A stretch of DNA of 60,613 nucleotides, the filler included, from Perkinsus olseni (taxonomy: Eukaryota), in the NCBI GenBank assembly GCA_013115125.1. It is 12 parts of 12 records of this genome, joined end to end, with 100 filler letters (N's around TTAATTAATTAA, not from the genome) between each part and the next. Parts side by side here need not be neighbours in the genome. Positions count along the whole stretch, not along the records: positions 10,288 to 15,322 come from JABANN010001224.1; positions 15,423 to 20,425 come from JABANN010001226.1; positions 20,526 to 25,523 come from JABANN010001227.1; positions 25,624 to 30,568 come from JABANN010001229.1; 8 more parts are not named here. One strand, written 5' to 3'. Shown piece after piece: positions 13,401 to 25,679 of this stretch. Made by a program: the position numbers and the translations under genes. The notes beneath the pieces were generated by a model, which made no database searches, was not told where the DNA came from, and saw only the letters and a list, made by a program, of their open reading frames with translations. Position 1 is the first letter of the stretch; the number at the start of each line of letters is the position of its first letter.

Positions 13401-15322
13401 ACGATCGAAGTGGATTCCTACACAGTCAACCTCCTCACTAGGTGGAAGGCTCTTAGGGGATATCACTTTCCTCATACCAGTAAGGCCAGCACGGACAATG
13501 CGATCTCTACTTCTCACCTGGGATATGGAAGACCCGTGAATGAGAAGATCATCAATCCACGACACTAACCAGTGGTGCCATGCATCTCCAAAAAGGTGAT
13601 TCAACCCAGCGGATAAATGCGGAGTAAAAAACAATGCGCTCGCGGCTAGGCCTTGAGGAGACACGCGAAATTGAAAAATGCGGCCAAGTACCTTTATGCA
13701 CAAATGCTGGGAAGCGTGAGCTGAGCATTGTACGCTATGGTACGCATCCGAGAGGTCGAGGACGCTGTAGGCCCTCGAGCCGGACGGCAGTGCCCCGAGG
13801 AAAGCATCTAAGGAAGGGCACATCTCAGCCAACCCTGACGGCAGATGGACTCGTTGATTGAGCACTCTAAGATCACACAGGAGTCTGACAACGGGCACGT
13901 TCTCATCGTCGACTCTACCCTTTGCCTTACCAAAGGCAGGGCTGATAGTGATGTCGTCAGAGTAGGGGATCTCGACCAACTGACCTGCATCAATAGCTTG
14001 CTGTATGGTTTTCTCCAGGCCACGTCGTAGATTTTTCGGGACTCCATAATCGTGCTTACACTGATAGGGGAGGTCCTCGTAGGCCACGGAGAAATCCAAC
14101 TGAGGCAAGTTGTAGTTCTCCAGGCGATAGCTGACGAATGCCTGAAGAGCGGCATCATCCAGGCTCGCAAGGTAGTTCTCCAGCTGATCTGGAGCTACCT
14201 TGCAGTCAGCTCCCAACCAAGGTCCGAGACTAGTTCGGGATGATGTTAACCGAGTAGCATCCGAGAGGCGATATAGCTGGCAAGAATCACAGCCGATTTC
14301 CAGCTTCCGACGAGACCAGAAAATCGAAGCATTAGTCATTTCCAAGAAATCAGCGCCCAGGACGAGACCAATCGATAAGCCGCGTAAGTCACTCACATAA
14401 GCCTCTATGTTAAGATATTGATGACCGATGTGGACCGTCAGGCCGATCGAATCAGTAAGTTGCACTGTATCTCCATTGAAGGTTTGCAGTACGAGTGGAG
14501 TTAGCGATGCCTGAGTATGGCGAACCTTCGCTACCAACTGTTTGTTGATGCAAGTCACTTCACACAGCGAATCAATAGCACCAAATACAATCTTCACCTC
14601 ATTATTGGCCACTGGATCTGATTCAACTCCTAGCAAAATACCTCGGGTACATGACTGCCCCACAGGTGACACAGTTGATCGTCCAGTGAGCGCCAACGCA
14701 GGAGGGAGCTCTGTAGCCAGACGAGCCTGCGGGAAAGAAGGTTTCCCAGCAACAGCGGATTCTGGCTGAGCAGACGAGGGAGGAGTAGCAGAGGGTTGGC
14801 TAGCGGGAGCTCCTACCGCAGAACGATTAAGCTGCTTGTAGGAGAATCCTTCCTGCCTCTGAGCTGTTTGTCGGAAAGGATACTGACGAGGAGGGGAAGA
14901 TGAGTCCTTGGGCTGTACCTCTGCTTTACCGCTATCTCTTCCTTGGGAACCTTCAAGCTTCCAGCAATTAGAAGGAGAGTGGCGTACATGTTTCTGACAG
15001 TTTGGACACCAGTGTTTGGGCTTCCGATGGCCATGATGTTTAGAGTCACTAGTCTTCCCCACAGTACTCACTTTATCCGTGGTCTGAGCTTTATGGTCAT
15101 CCGCAGCGCCATTACCAGAGCTGGTAGAAGTAGATGTAGTAGCGGTAGCCTTGGCTGGTCGATTAGACTTGCCTGACGCAGAATCAACTTCCCAAGGATA
15201 CTTAATAGATAGCTTTCTATCCAGCTCGGATAGACCATGAGTTACATCAATATAGTCGAGAGTTGCCGGAAATACAAGATTTTTCCGGAGAATCTTAGTA
15301 TATGCCTCAGCTAGCGATGGAT
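10441..15322 (-). mobile_element. Ty3/gypsy LTR retrotransposon gag-pol (Zn knuckle-PR-RT-RNase H-integrase), 5' end cut by scaffold edge
   Basis: CPNCQKHVRHSPSNC knuckle; protease-like AIDSLC; RT LDLSDAYH / PQGL / WIDD; RNase H MSDA..G.G / ELECLGIV / SDS / N.LSD.ISR; integrase H..HLG, IAMD, IVSDLGSSF, NSRIERRN. RT-RH-IN order is gypsy-type. The frame is open to 15322, and the two ORF-track pieces join across a false gap. Confidence 0.93.
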
Positions 15323-17444
15323 NNNNNNNNNNNNNNNNNNNNNNNNNNNNNNNNNNNNNNNNNNNNTTAATTAATTAANNNNNNNNNNNNNNNNNNNNNN
15401 NNNNNNNNNNNNNNNNNNNNNNCGTCAACGTCGCGTGAGGGTGGCCGGAGTTCCTCGGCACGAAGTAGAGATCGAATCTGCCTACCCATACGTCCCCCTT
15501 GCTGGTGACTCGGTATTGGTTGAGCCCTTTCCCACTGCTCATCCTCTCACCATCTAATTATCTGAGTTTCTGCAATTACACTTGTTGGTCGTGGACGTAC
15601 TTGATCCTGTCTCCACCTCTTCTCTCTCATCCCTAGTAGGCTGCCCAGTGTGGCAGATCTCACTGACCGCCCGGCTCGGATGCACGACGCGGTTGTGCCG
15701 AAGTTGCACTCAAGACCCTTCGAGCTGATCATGGAAGATTGATTGACCTCCGTTGTTTTAGAGCTGTGTCGTTGGGTCTAACCATATCGGAATCCGCTTG
15801 CGCGAGTCGTGTGATGGGCGATGAGCTTCGAGCTTGTAATGCCCAGGCAATAAAGTTTGAATTGATTAAGGGTGAAATACAAAATCCCAGGAAGTGCGCG
15901 CGCGACAGGCAAGCAAAGGCGAGAGAAAAAAGCCCGAATTGTAGGTGAGGGCAGGAACGGGAGCCCCCCTTAAACCGGATAACGGTTTGAACCCGGTTGA
16001 CGGCCTTAACCCGGATAACAGCTTTCTCCCGGATGACGGTTTAACCAGGAGATTCTCTCCTATAGCCCCCTCCAGTTATAGCGAGCTGTAGCTCCGTGGC
16101 AAGGTTCTTTTCCGGTCCGACCTATTCCGGTCTACTCATGCTGCTCTTAACCCGTCCCCACCCACCAAAAACCAGCCTAACTATAACGCGATTCTTCTTT
16201 AAAATGTGGGGCTATTAATGCATCGCTCTGCGTATGCTCAGGATGCCCGTATCCGGATGACTAAATCGGCGAGCAAGCCGACAGACTACTTCCTTATGTG
16301 TGACGGGGCCTTCCTTAGGCTATGCAAGCCTCCTCAGAAATATTCGCATTATCCTTAGATTTCTCCGGCTTCCTTAGAAAATGCAGAGCTCCTTAGAAAA
16401 CTTACGCTCTCCTTAGATTTTAGCTGCTCACCCGTGCGCATCAATCCTCAATAACGGGACACTGCATTGGGTCGAACTATACTGGCCGAAGAAAGCATGA
16501 ATCAGATGTCCACTGGACCACTGGATTGCCCCGAAAGAAGAGAATGATCGATCCAGTCGGCCTGCTTTCCGCTACGTTGTTCGCGGCAACTCGCACGCAT
16601 GAACTTGTGCGCCACATAGCAACTTGTTATGCCTGCAAGTTGCATAGGGTAGAAACTGGCTTCGTTTGCCTGTTTCATTCCGCTTGTATCTTGCCTCGCG
16701 GCGCCCTTGTCTATTTGTTGTACGTGCCTGCGCTGCGTGCATGCGTGCAACTGCAGCGTGAGATACGGCCCGAATCGGGAAGATTAGGGTTGGACTATTG
16801 GTTCTTCTCACTTACGCACAGTCATTTAGATTGTGTGAGTTGTTACCTCAGCTATTGGTACTCAGTCGCTGAATCATTCTAGTAGATCGTTTTTGCCTGC
16901 TAGGCTACTCTTCGATTGTCGTTGTGTTTCTCTAGCAGTGGTAGGTAACAAACTGAACGACATTACAAGATTTCCCGGGTGAAGCGCAACAAAGATGATG
17001 TCATAGGGTCTGCGTGCAGCCTGACTAATACAGGACGCAAAGTTCATGAGCCCTCAATCTCAGCATCTGCATCATAGACAACAGGAAAGAGAGCATTTAT
17101 AGCGAGAGCATCAGGTGACAATGATGGATAGAACCGACGCGACATCGCGGGGGACACTAGCGAATAGTTCTGCACTATAGTGACAAGTTGTCACTGACAA
17201 CATGTTGACGACTATAGTGTACACTATGTACACTATGTGACAGCTACAGCCTGCTTCGACACTACTCAGCTGTTAGACTACTATCGCTACACCTATCTTT
17301 ACTGCTGCTGCGTACCATCAGTATCGGATAACCATCTGACCTTGTTGTTGTGCAGCCTTTGCCGACCCTTTCGGGTGTGCGGCCTTGTCGCTGCTCGGCC
17401 TGCGGCCGCCGGTGGATGTCCTCCCCTCAGAGCCCCCCCTTTTC

Positions 17445-18330
17445 CTTGTCTTTTTTTCTTTTTTTTCTTTTTTTTCTTTTTTCTCTTTTTTTTGGGGAGG
17501 GAGTGGTCGAACCACCAGTAGATAGATATAGCGTGCAGAACAATAGTATAGCAGAAAAACAGAGGAAAGAACAAACGCATACGGACTACAATGGTATCAA
17601 TGGTATCAAATGGTAACGATTGTCTTCTACAAAAGTACACTCATATAGCGCGGTGCAGGTTGCCCCGCATTGCCCCTAGAGGCCGTCACGAATGTCGCGT
17701 CGCTGGCTGGCTGGCGCAGTACACCACCACCCCGAGCAGTGGTGCTTGGCCAGATCCTTCGCAACATCCATACGAGGGTATGAAGCTTCCCCCTATCCGT
17801 CAGGAAGCCGGCGATCTTAGTCGGCAGGCACCCCAACCTCCGCTTCACCCACTGCCGTGTGCGTACGTAGGCTGGACAGATGTAGATGACGTGCTCCACA
17901 CTCTTCTCAGGGGCCCCGCACCACGGGCAGCTTCTGGAGGATCCTCCCACTCTGGATTGAAGCTTGGCAAGGTGAGCCCTGTGTGCCTCGTGCCCCGTTA
18001 TCACCTCCACTATCCTGCGGCGATCGTCCCCCTTGCTGACACCCTCGAGAAGTTCCTGTGGGCTCTCCCCAGATCTACTCATCTACAGATCCCATCTGAC
18101 CTTACTATGCATTTTGCACTAGCGTCCATGAGTATACGTGCTACACCTAGCATAGTAAGCTGCAGTGCACATGATCACTAAGCTTCTCTCCAGTCCTTTT
18201 TCATCACTCTTTGAGCCCCGTCTCAAATAGCCACACTGTGCTGAGTCATAGTGCAGTTCCTATGCGTACCACATGTTCAAGCATGTGTCGGGGTTCACAC
18301 CTCCCCGGGTTGTATTTTTCCGTTAGTAGC
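17445..18330 (-). mobile_element. 5'-truncated LINE: ORF2 C-terminal Zn knuckle, 3' UTR and A-rich tail
   Basis: ORF 17627..18082 reads 'EVITGHEAHRAHL...CPWCGAPEKSVEHVIYICPAY...R'. Downstream on the same strand is an (A7-8G)n tract at about 17450-17492. Confidence 0.75.
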
Positions 18331-18764
18331 TTCACTCAGCGTCTGTGCTCCCATGATCAACCTAATCTTGAATTCGGCCGTCGGGAGTTGCTCATTTGCG
18401 TTATGCTGGTGATATATGATCTACATATCATCCGACTCCGTTCTTATGTAGCACGAGTTACCCTGTAAGTCCAAATATCGCTCGCTCGCACTGTGAAGTC
18501 TACGCGCGCGATGCTACCTGAGTACTCCACTAGATAATCACTTTGAGTCGTATCTTGTCACAACCCCGTCAGTCCTAAATGGATTTCGGCAGGCTAGGAT
18601 GTAGCTGAGTTCTGAGTAGCCAGCAAAGGCGCTCTGCAGAAGTTTCGCCCATGAGTCTGCGTCTCGACATTTATTCCGATCTCAGTCGGATAGAGTTTGT
18701 TTGCAGCATGGCTAAGTGTGAAGGTGAATTAATGGAGATGGATGGCGTTTTCGTCATTTCCACC

Positions 18765-19020
18765 GGGTTGATGCTTGTGGTGGCACACCGGGGCGAGACC
18801 AGTGTGACCGCGATACGCACAGCTCAGAGATGTGTAAACGGGTCCTGCCAGGAGGATAGAAAGCTTCTCTGTTCCAATGTTCTCCCGAGGAGAGCTCCCT
18901 GGCGAAACATATGGTTGCGCTGCATATAAACCCTACAGAGAGTCCCTAATTGAGCACATCGGCAAGAGTCTGACCAAGCCGGAACCGTAAGCGTTGGACT
19001 ATAGAGTCACATACACCATC
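18765..19020 (+). repeat. Dispersed repeat copy, homologous to 45888-46100
   Basis: Shared blocks GATGC(T/C)TGTGGTGGCA(C/T)ACCGGGGCGAGAC and ATCGGCAAGAGTCT..C.AAGCCG...GCGTTGGACTATA on two unlinked scaffolds. Confidence 0.75.
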
Positions 19021-20599
19021 GGGTTCCCTGTAGCTGATTATGAACTCGTTATGCGCCTGTCGCGTGTATTCTGAAGTAGGTGACAAGGAGCTTAGGCAGG
19101 CGTGTTAGTCTGAGACGTTGCCGGATGCGGTTGTAATGGTTATATCACTGTTCCTATCTTGCTCCGATAAGAAGATACGCTGAAGCTGAGTTCCAAGATG
19201 GCAAAGAAGATTGGATTCCAGATGGCAAACCCTGGGTGGTGTGTCGTTCTCAATCAGCCAGTCTCTCAACACGGTTTTTCCAAAGAGTTTTCACTGAGAG
19301 ACGGCTCGCTGTTCAGACCCTATGGGGCTCGTTGTGCGCCCGTAAGATTAGCGTCATAGATCTATCGTTCTATTCATTAACGGTGAACATATTCACCACG
19401 CTCGAGTTGGCAGTCCACTGACGACCCCCCATTGAATCCGAATACATTACCAGAGGCGCGATGTGCATAGCCTTATCAGTTGCGCATTGCTGCTTCTCCG
19501 TTGTTGCTCATATTCAACGCAAGTCGGGAGAGGCGTAAAGCTCTCCTACCTAGTTCTTTTGGGTGATTGGAGCATAAGCTATGCACGCATGCACAACACG
19601 ATCGGCGAGTAATGGCCCTATAACTTAGGAGTCCTTCCTTAAGGCGTACCTTAAAGGAAGGAGTCCTTAACGATCCTTCCTTAAGGGGCAACTCCTTATA
19701 ACTTCTCAATTTCAAGAATCGTAAGGAATTCCTTCCTTTAAGGTATATCCCAAGGAGCATAAGGAGCGGTTTCTCACCGAAGATAAGTAACTCCCGTTCT
19801 GTCCCGCAGCGTCTTCGAGTTGAGATGCCGGTTATGTTGATCACTACACGTTAGGTTGCCAGGGTCTTACAGTCTTTTACACAATCACTCAGCTTCTCTT
19901 TCTCTCAACTGCAGCTCATTGAAGGCCGGTTATCGGTCCTTAGTAACCATCATGATCGGCCGCCAATCACTCCGTGTGCGTGCGTGTACAGCCAACCCTC
20001 GAGAAATTGCTTCTAAGGTAAGTCAACTTAAATGACTCTACTTAGCGTTCGTCCAACGAAGAGAAGTCTCCTATCGAGGTGTCCAGCTATTGGCCAAATC
20101 GGATTAGCCGCGCGATGGTGCTCGCCAACCGCGTGCAAGCATGAAAGAAATCCCTGTTTCGCACCTTTTGTGTAATACCCACTTTCCCAACCTCACTAAA
20201 GGCAACGCTGCGCGTAAGCTCAAAACTAGCGCTCGCCATTAAGCTTTCCGCGTGATCGATAAACGGCGTCATACTTCAGTCACCGTCCATCCCTCGGAGT
20301 TTAATTTCCATCGGGAGTAAGCGTGTCACGGTTGGAAGCCAAAGTCCTTGTTGTGTCGGATACTCGTGTCCCTATTTGTGTGCCTCCGTATCCCTTGGCT
20401 AAGCTATGGCTAGTAGTCTGCCCTANNNNNNNNNNNNNNNNNNNNNNNNNNNNNNNNNNNNNNNNNNNNTTAATTAATTAANNNNNNNNNNNNNNNNNNN
20501 NNNNNNNNNNNNNNNNNNNNNNNNNGAAAAAAGCCCGGGCTGAGGTTCGAACCCGAGACTTGTCCCGAGCTCCGCTTTTTTCGTTACGAAGGCCTAGTA

Positions 20600-22746
20600 C
20601 GACAGTCATACGATCTGCGCAACGTTTGTGCCACGAGCAGCACACCGGATTCGGAAGGTTTTAAGGATGGTAACTTCGGCACTCGCCTTTCGCCGTACAT
20701 CAGGGCAGCATTGGACACGGTCTGGGTGAGCTTCGCTCCCACGCCAGAATACAATCCTGAGATACCATTTTCCCGAAGCACCTCCTGCAGACACTCGAAT
20801 AAACTTGATGCGCCTGACAGTGGGTCGCCTAGCTCATCAGAACGACGGCAACAGAATCACCACCACCATAATGTTGATCTCCGTCTTTATCACTGCTTCC
20901 TCGCGAAGCCCTGAGACGACTCTGGAGGACTTGTAGGGGGTAGGTCACCCACGTCGCGACAGCTTTTGCGATGGCACCAATAAAGAACGCCTCGCTGGCT
21001 GTCAGGACTAGCAGTCGTATCGATGCCGGAGAGCACAGCGGTGATTGCCTCACTGTTCTTTCTCCGGTTTTTCACGAGAGCGTCGCGCAGCTTCACTTGA
21101 ACCATATACTGTACTACTGGGTTGGACACGAGAAGCAGACTAGCGCCTAAGCCTCGAATGCTGCGGGAAAACCCCTGAAAGATAAGAGCGAGATAAGATC
21201 TTTCTGTAAATTGTAGAAATTTTGGAACATTATATGTAGAACATTAGAAATTATTATTATTCCATAATCGTAGAACATTATGGGGTTGTTCAGTGAACCA
21301 ATTCTGAAATTCAGAATCGATTCTGAAACCGCACTTGACGTGAAAAAATCAGATCCCAGAAACGATTTTGAATTTAATGATTGCTTTTTGGAACGCGGGG
21401 TGTACCAAGGCCCTCAAACTTCCAGGTCTGGCACTTTGAGGCGCAAAGTGCCACGCCGGATAATCAGGCACCCCTCTGAAATCACACCCATCCGCATGAC
21501 ACTGTGCGGCGCGAACAATGGGCTAGGGCGACAGTTTGTGAAGGACTGCATGAACAGGATACAGAGGCGTCGACAGGAATCCTGTCACAGGATGCTGAGG
21601 ATACTGCTCGTGAAAAAACGATGAAAAAACCAAGGACAAAAATCAGGTCAATCGGCGACATCATCACCATCGGTGAGCGAACAAGCGGCTTTGTAAGGGC
21701 GAAAACAAGCTTATTCACCTCTTCTCTGATGAGATGTATAGCCTCCAGTAGAACACTGCGGGTCCCTTTACCCGAACTATCAGATGTCCTCAACTTCACC
21801 ACAGTGCTAGCCCGCCAGAGGGGCTCCGTGAGTATGACGTTCAGGGAACCAGCAACTGACGTATCATAGGTTGAAGGCGGTAGCTCACGATGAACTCACT
21901 TGTGCTCGATATGAGGGCTAGAGCGATCGTACCATCATTGCGGCCTGGCTCCTGAGAACCAGGCACGAAAGGGTCCAACGGTTTACATGACGATGACTAT
22001 CATACACACGCCGACCAAGGTCCCAGCTAGATCGTTCTCTCAAGCGATGCAATAGCGGCCTAGCTGCCTCCGTCCACCAAATTGGGAGAAAATCAGGAAA
22101 AGACGCGAATAGACTTCAGTTCGTACGGCTGTTCACAGAAATTCACGACTCATTCTGTCACAACAAGAACCTCGTCAAACTGACTCTTAGCGACCGGACT
22201 GGCCCGCCGCCTGATCGAGCTCTTCTCCTGTTCAAACTCGTGCGAACTGCTCAGAATCTACAGTTCGGAATGCCCACCCACCGCCATCAGAGCAGCCATT
22301 TTAGCTTCCGTTCCTTTGAGAAGGTAGTAGTATATAAAATTGGAAATCATCACCGTCTCCGTCGACGCAGAAGCACCTACGCGGCTAGCATTCACCATGC
22401 AACCGAGCCCAGCCAAGCTCGTTACCGACGAAGAGTCGCTGTGGATGAGATGAGGCCAGGTAGATCAAACCCCCCACCGTAGACCCGAGCGGACGCAACG
22501 GCCGAGGTAATGGTAGCAGAGAGTCTGCGTCCACCTGAAAATGATCTTTTGTTCAACGATTGCACGGTGGCGGGTCCAAAACAAAAGCGTGAATTCCCCT
22601 CCGAGAGGGGCTCAGGACAGCACCTGCAGTATCGTCTTGATTTGATCTAGTGGGTAGGTAGCCAACATGGACAGGCCGCCGGCTGTGCTGCCAGAAATGG
22701 CACTCACACAGTTGGATACTTGCTCGGGAATGACTGGAGATTCCAT
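20600..22746 (-). CDS. SLC25A17: Multi-exon mitochondrial-carrier-family gene, peroxisomal PMP34/SLC25A17-like (3' boundary approximate)
   Basis: Exon 1 (22746-22624) is MESPVIPEQ...GGLSMLATYPLDQIKTILQ. Later exons give SNFIYYY, LNVILTEPLW, GLGASLLLVSNPVVQY, FFIGAIAKAVATWVTYPLQVLQSRL and GLYSGVGAKLTQTV. These are three carrier repeats with PMP34-type signatures. Confidence 0.8.
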
Positions 22747-23812
22747 CAACTTGTAATCGCTGATCTTCGCACGGCTCTTACACGCGGGAACATGGGTACT
22801 TCATCCCCCGTTCAACGAACCAATTCTAACTCAGAATCGGTCGCAGAATTGACATCTACACGAAGAATCGATCCTGAGGTTCAGAATTGGTTCACTGAAC
22901 ACTCCCTTCCAATCGGAACGATCTGACGATCATGCAAGTTAGATCAAGTTATGCTCATTATGCGCTGATCGTCTCGCGCATGCGTGCACAGGTAATGCTC
23001 CAGTCCCCTCAGACGGAACTAGTGGATAGATCTCGACACTCCCTCCCGTCTAGCGTTGGCAATGGGCAGCAACCGAAAAGCAACAATCAAGGGGCTTCAG
23101 TCCGCACGGCTTCAGACGATGTCCCTACGATCACGGCTTTCGGCGCAAACTCCTGCGCACGCGTGCAAAGAAAAGTTACAGGCGGTAAATTTTTGGTTGC
23201 ACTCATGCTGTAAATTGCAGCAGATAACCGCACCCCTCCCTCCTCTGGCGCCACTCCCCTGCAATTCCATAGCCCGGACATCTCTACTGTAGAGACTCTA
23301 GAAGCTGACCAAACCCGCAGCTACGCAGCCATTGCTTCACCCGAACCCTTCTCCGACGGTATATTCAGTCCTGCGCATGCGTGCTGACGGGCGTGTTGGT
23401 TTATTTCAATCGCTTAGCTGGCTATGTATACCGGCTTAGAGCAAGCCGCTCCCCCTGGCACGACCTCACTGACGTGAATACCACTCTTTCGCTAAATCCT
23501 GAATAACATCAGTCAGGCTGACTGAGTCAGCGGTGGCAGGGATATCACGCACTGTGCCAGCCCTATGCTATACCGACAACTTCTCGACGCCTGTTCTGCT
23601 GATCACCAGAGCTCCCGGCCGGAGACAGTGGAACTCGAAAGAAGCAGTCATTTGGCTCGAACGCACCTCCAAGTTGAGGTACGACCGGACCGATGACTAC
23701 AATTTCGCAAATTCAGCAAAAGTTCGAAAGACGTTTGCGACCGCCATTTCAATCGATAACCTCAAGGGGCGAGAACGCAGAATGAGTCTCTCACTGTCAA
23801 TGATGCCCTTTA

Positions 23813-25207
23813 ATGGCCTATAAGTATCACAAGGCTCGCCAATTCGGTCTGCAAGCCGACTTCCCTCGAACCTATCGAAATAGTCTCCTCAGTGGCCTGA
23901 CCTGCGGCCACCGCCCTGAGCCAGAGCTGGTCGTCACCAACGACGCTATCACTGCTATCGACATCAACCCGTTCACAGAGGACCTTCTCGGGGTGGCCTG
24001 CCGAAAGGGAGCCGTTTTTCTCCATCCTCTACGACGGGAGGCTCCAAAGGAAGCGCTCAGACTGCAGGAGGAGACGTCCAGTCGGTTGAACTACCTAGGG
24101 TTCGCCGGTCTCAAGTTCGTAGCGAGCCACGTCGCTTGCGGGGCTCGAGAGAGGGCCGTTGAGGTCTACGACTGTACCACTAGTCGCGCCCGTAAGGTCA
24201 AGCGGTTCCAAACAGTCTCCGAGATCTCAGCGTTCGCTGCGAGTCCAGACACTTCCAGCCCTCTCCTGGCGGCAGGCCTCGAGCAAGGCGGCTTCGAGAT
24301 GCTTGATCTTAGACGGAAGAGCTCGGTGGGGGAGCCCTTCCTCGGGATGGAGGGAAGCTGCACTGGCCTTCAATTCGTGAATCAGTACCACGTCGTTGGC
24401 GGCAGTAGGTCGGGCGAGGTCCTGCTGTGGGACACCCGTATGGTTCACAAGACACCACTACTAGAGTTCGGCCGACGTCCACCAGTGTCCAGCAACCGAG
24501 AGGCGCGACAACCTGTCGGGAGCCGGGGTCAGAAGAGAAGCCGTCCCGATTGGTCAGGAGAAGTTGATGAGGCTGTCTGGCAGTACGTGATGAATCATGA
24601 ACGGAAGGGACCTCCCATGGCGAGGCCTGTGAAAGATTCCCGTAAAACCACCGCACGCGGAAGAAGACCTCGGATAGTGCGAGCTTCGCTTACGGAGGAT
24701 ACGCCTTTGAAGGCCGAGCCGCTCCGATTCTACTCGTCCGTGGATCTCGGCATCAAGCTGATGTCTGGCAAACAGCGGAATCTATCGTTTCAGCCCGGTC
24801 GAACCATCGGAGCCAGCGCTAACATGCCTCCCAGAATCGGTCGAAGGCGCCACGGCCGGGCGTCTCAGCTGGAGAGGGTGTACGATATCCTACCACCCGC
24901 CAAGTGGGACAACGGCGTCGTCTACGTCCTGGCGGACCTCGGAGTTCATCGCTATAATGCTGCTGACGGTACGCGGCTGTCCTTCACGAGATTCCCCAAC
25001 GTCAGCCAGTCAGTGGCCTGCCTGCTCGACGGGCTCGACAGCGTGGCTTTGGCCAATCGGAATGGTATGACGGTACTGAGCAGTGATGGCCAAGATCAGC
25101 GGGCCCTGATTCAAAGTCATATTTACGTTATGACCGGCCTGGCGTGGAGCAGCAGACTGGGCACTATCTTCTCCTGTGGTGCAGAAGGAACAGTGAACAG
25201 GTACTAG
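23813..25207 (+). CDS. ERCC8: WD40 protein, ERCC8/CSA (Rad28)-like
   Basis: 464-aa intronless ORF. N-terminal ARQFGL resembles CSA ARQTGL, followed by WD repeats AIDINP..., LLAAGLEQGGFEMLDLR, GGSRSGEVLLWDTR and C-terminal SH...GLAWS...IFSCG.EG.V. Confidence 0.6.
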   Translation: MAYKYHKARQFGLQADFPRTYRNSLLSGLTCGHRPEPELVVTNDAITAIDINPFTEDLLGVACRKGAVFLHPLRREAPKEALRLQEETSSRLNYLGFAGLKFVASHVACGARERAVEVYDCTTSRARKVKRFQTVSEISAFAASPDTSSPLLAAGLEQGGFEMLDLRRKSSVGEPFLGMEGSCTGLQFVNQYHVVGGSRSGEVLLWDTRMVHKTPLLEFGRRPPVSSNREARQPVGSRGQKRSRPDWSGEVDEAVWQYVMNHERKGPPMARPVKDSRKTTARGRRPRIVRASLTEDTPLKAEPLRFYSSVDLGIKLMSGKQRNLSFQPGRTIGASANMPPRIGRRRHGRASQLERVYDILPPAKWDNGVVYVLADLGVHRYNAADGTRLSFTRFPNVSQSVACLLDGLDSVALANRNGMTVLSSDGQDQRALIQSHIYVMTGLAWSSRLGTIFSCGAEGTVNRY

Positions 25208-25679
25208 CAAGGGATCGCTTGTGTGTCCTGGATTGTAATGGCAGATGAAAAATTTCGATGGTGGAAAAATGTCGTCAGGGACAGGGTGGGTGGCGGAATG
25301 GAAAATCAATTTGTAATAGTAAAGAATTGTATAGTCCATAACATAGTATTTTCCTGTCTATCGCCTGTCGGATTCGTCGGATCCGTATTGCAGCTGATGT
25401 TGCGGGTTGCGATAGTAAGCCTTCTGTTTTCCGCACTTATTCAGCACACTCGAGCGCACGGTGGTACCAAAATTCAAAGTGCCCCGAGAGAAAAAGCCAT
25501 TGAAGGGCATCACTTTAAATGTCNNNNNNNNNNNNNNNNNNNNNNNNNNNNNNNNNNNNNNNNNNNNTTAATTAATTAANNNNNNNNNNNNNNNNNNNNN
25601 NNNNNNNNNNNNNNNNNNNNNNNCCACTACTTGCTATTAGTGGACCATTAATAATGGTCTCTCAAACTTGTCTATGTGG

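Noticed and set aside
17299-17640. Lys-rich or Phe-rich ORFs
   Set aside because: Translations of the A-rich retroelement tail.
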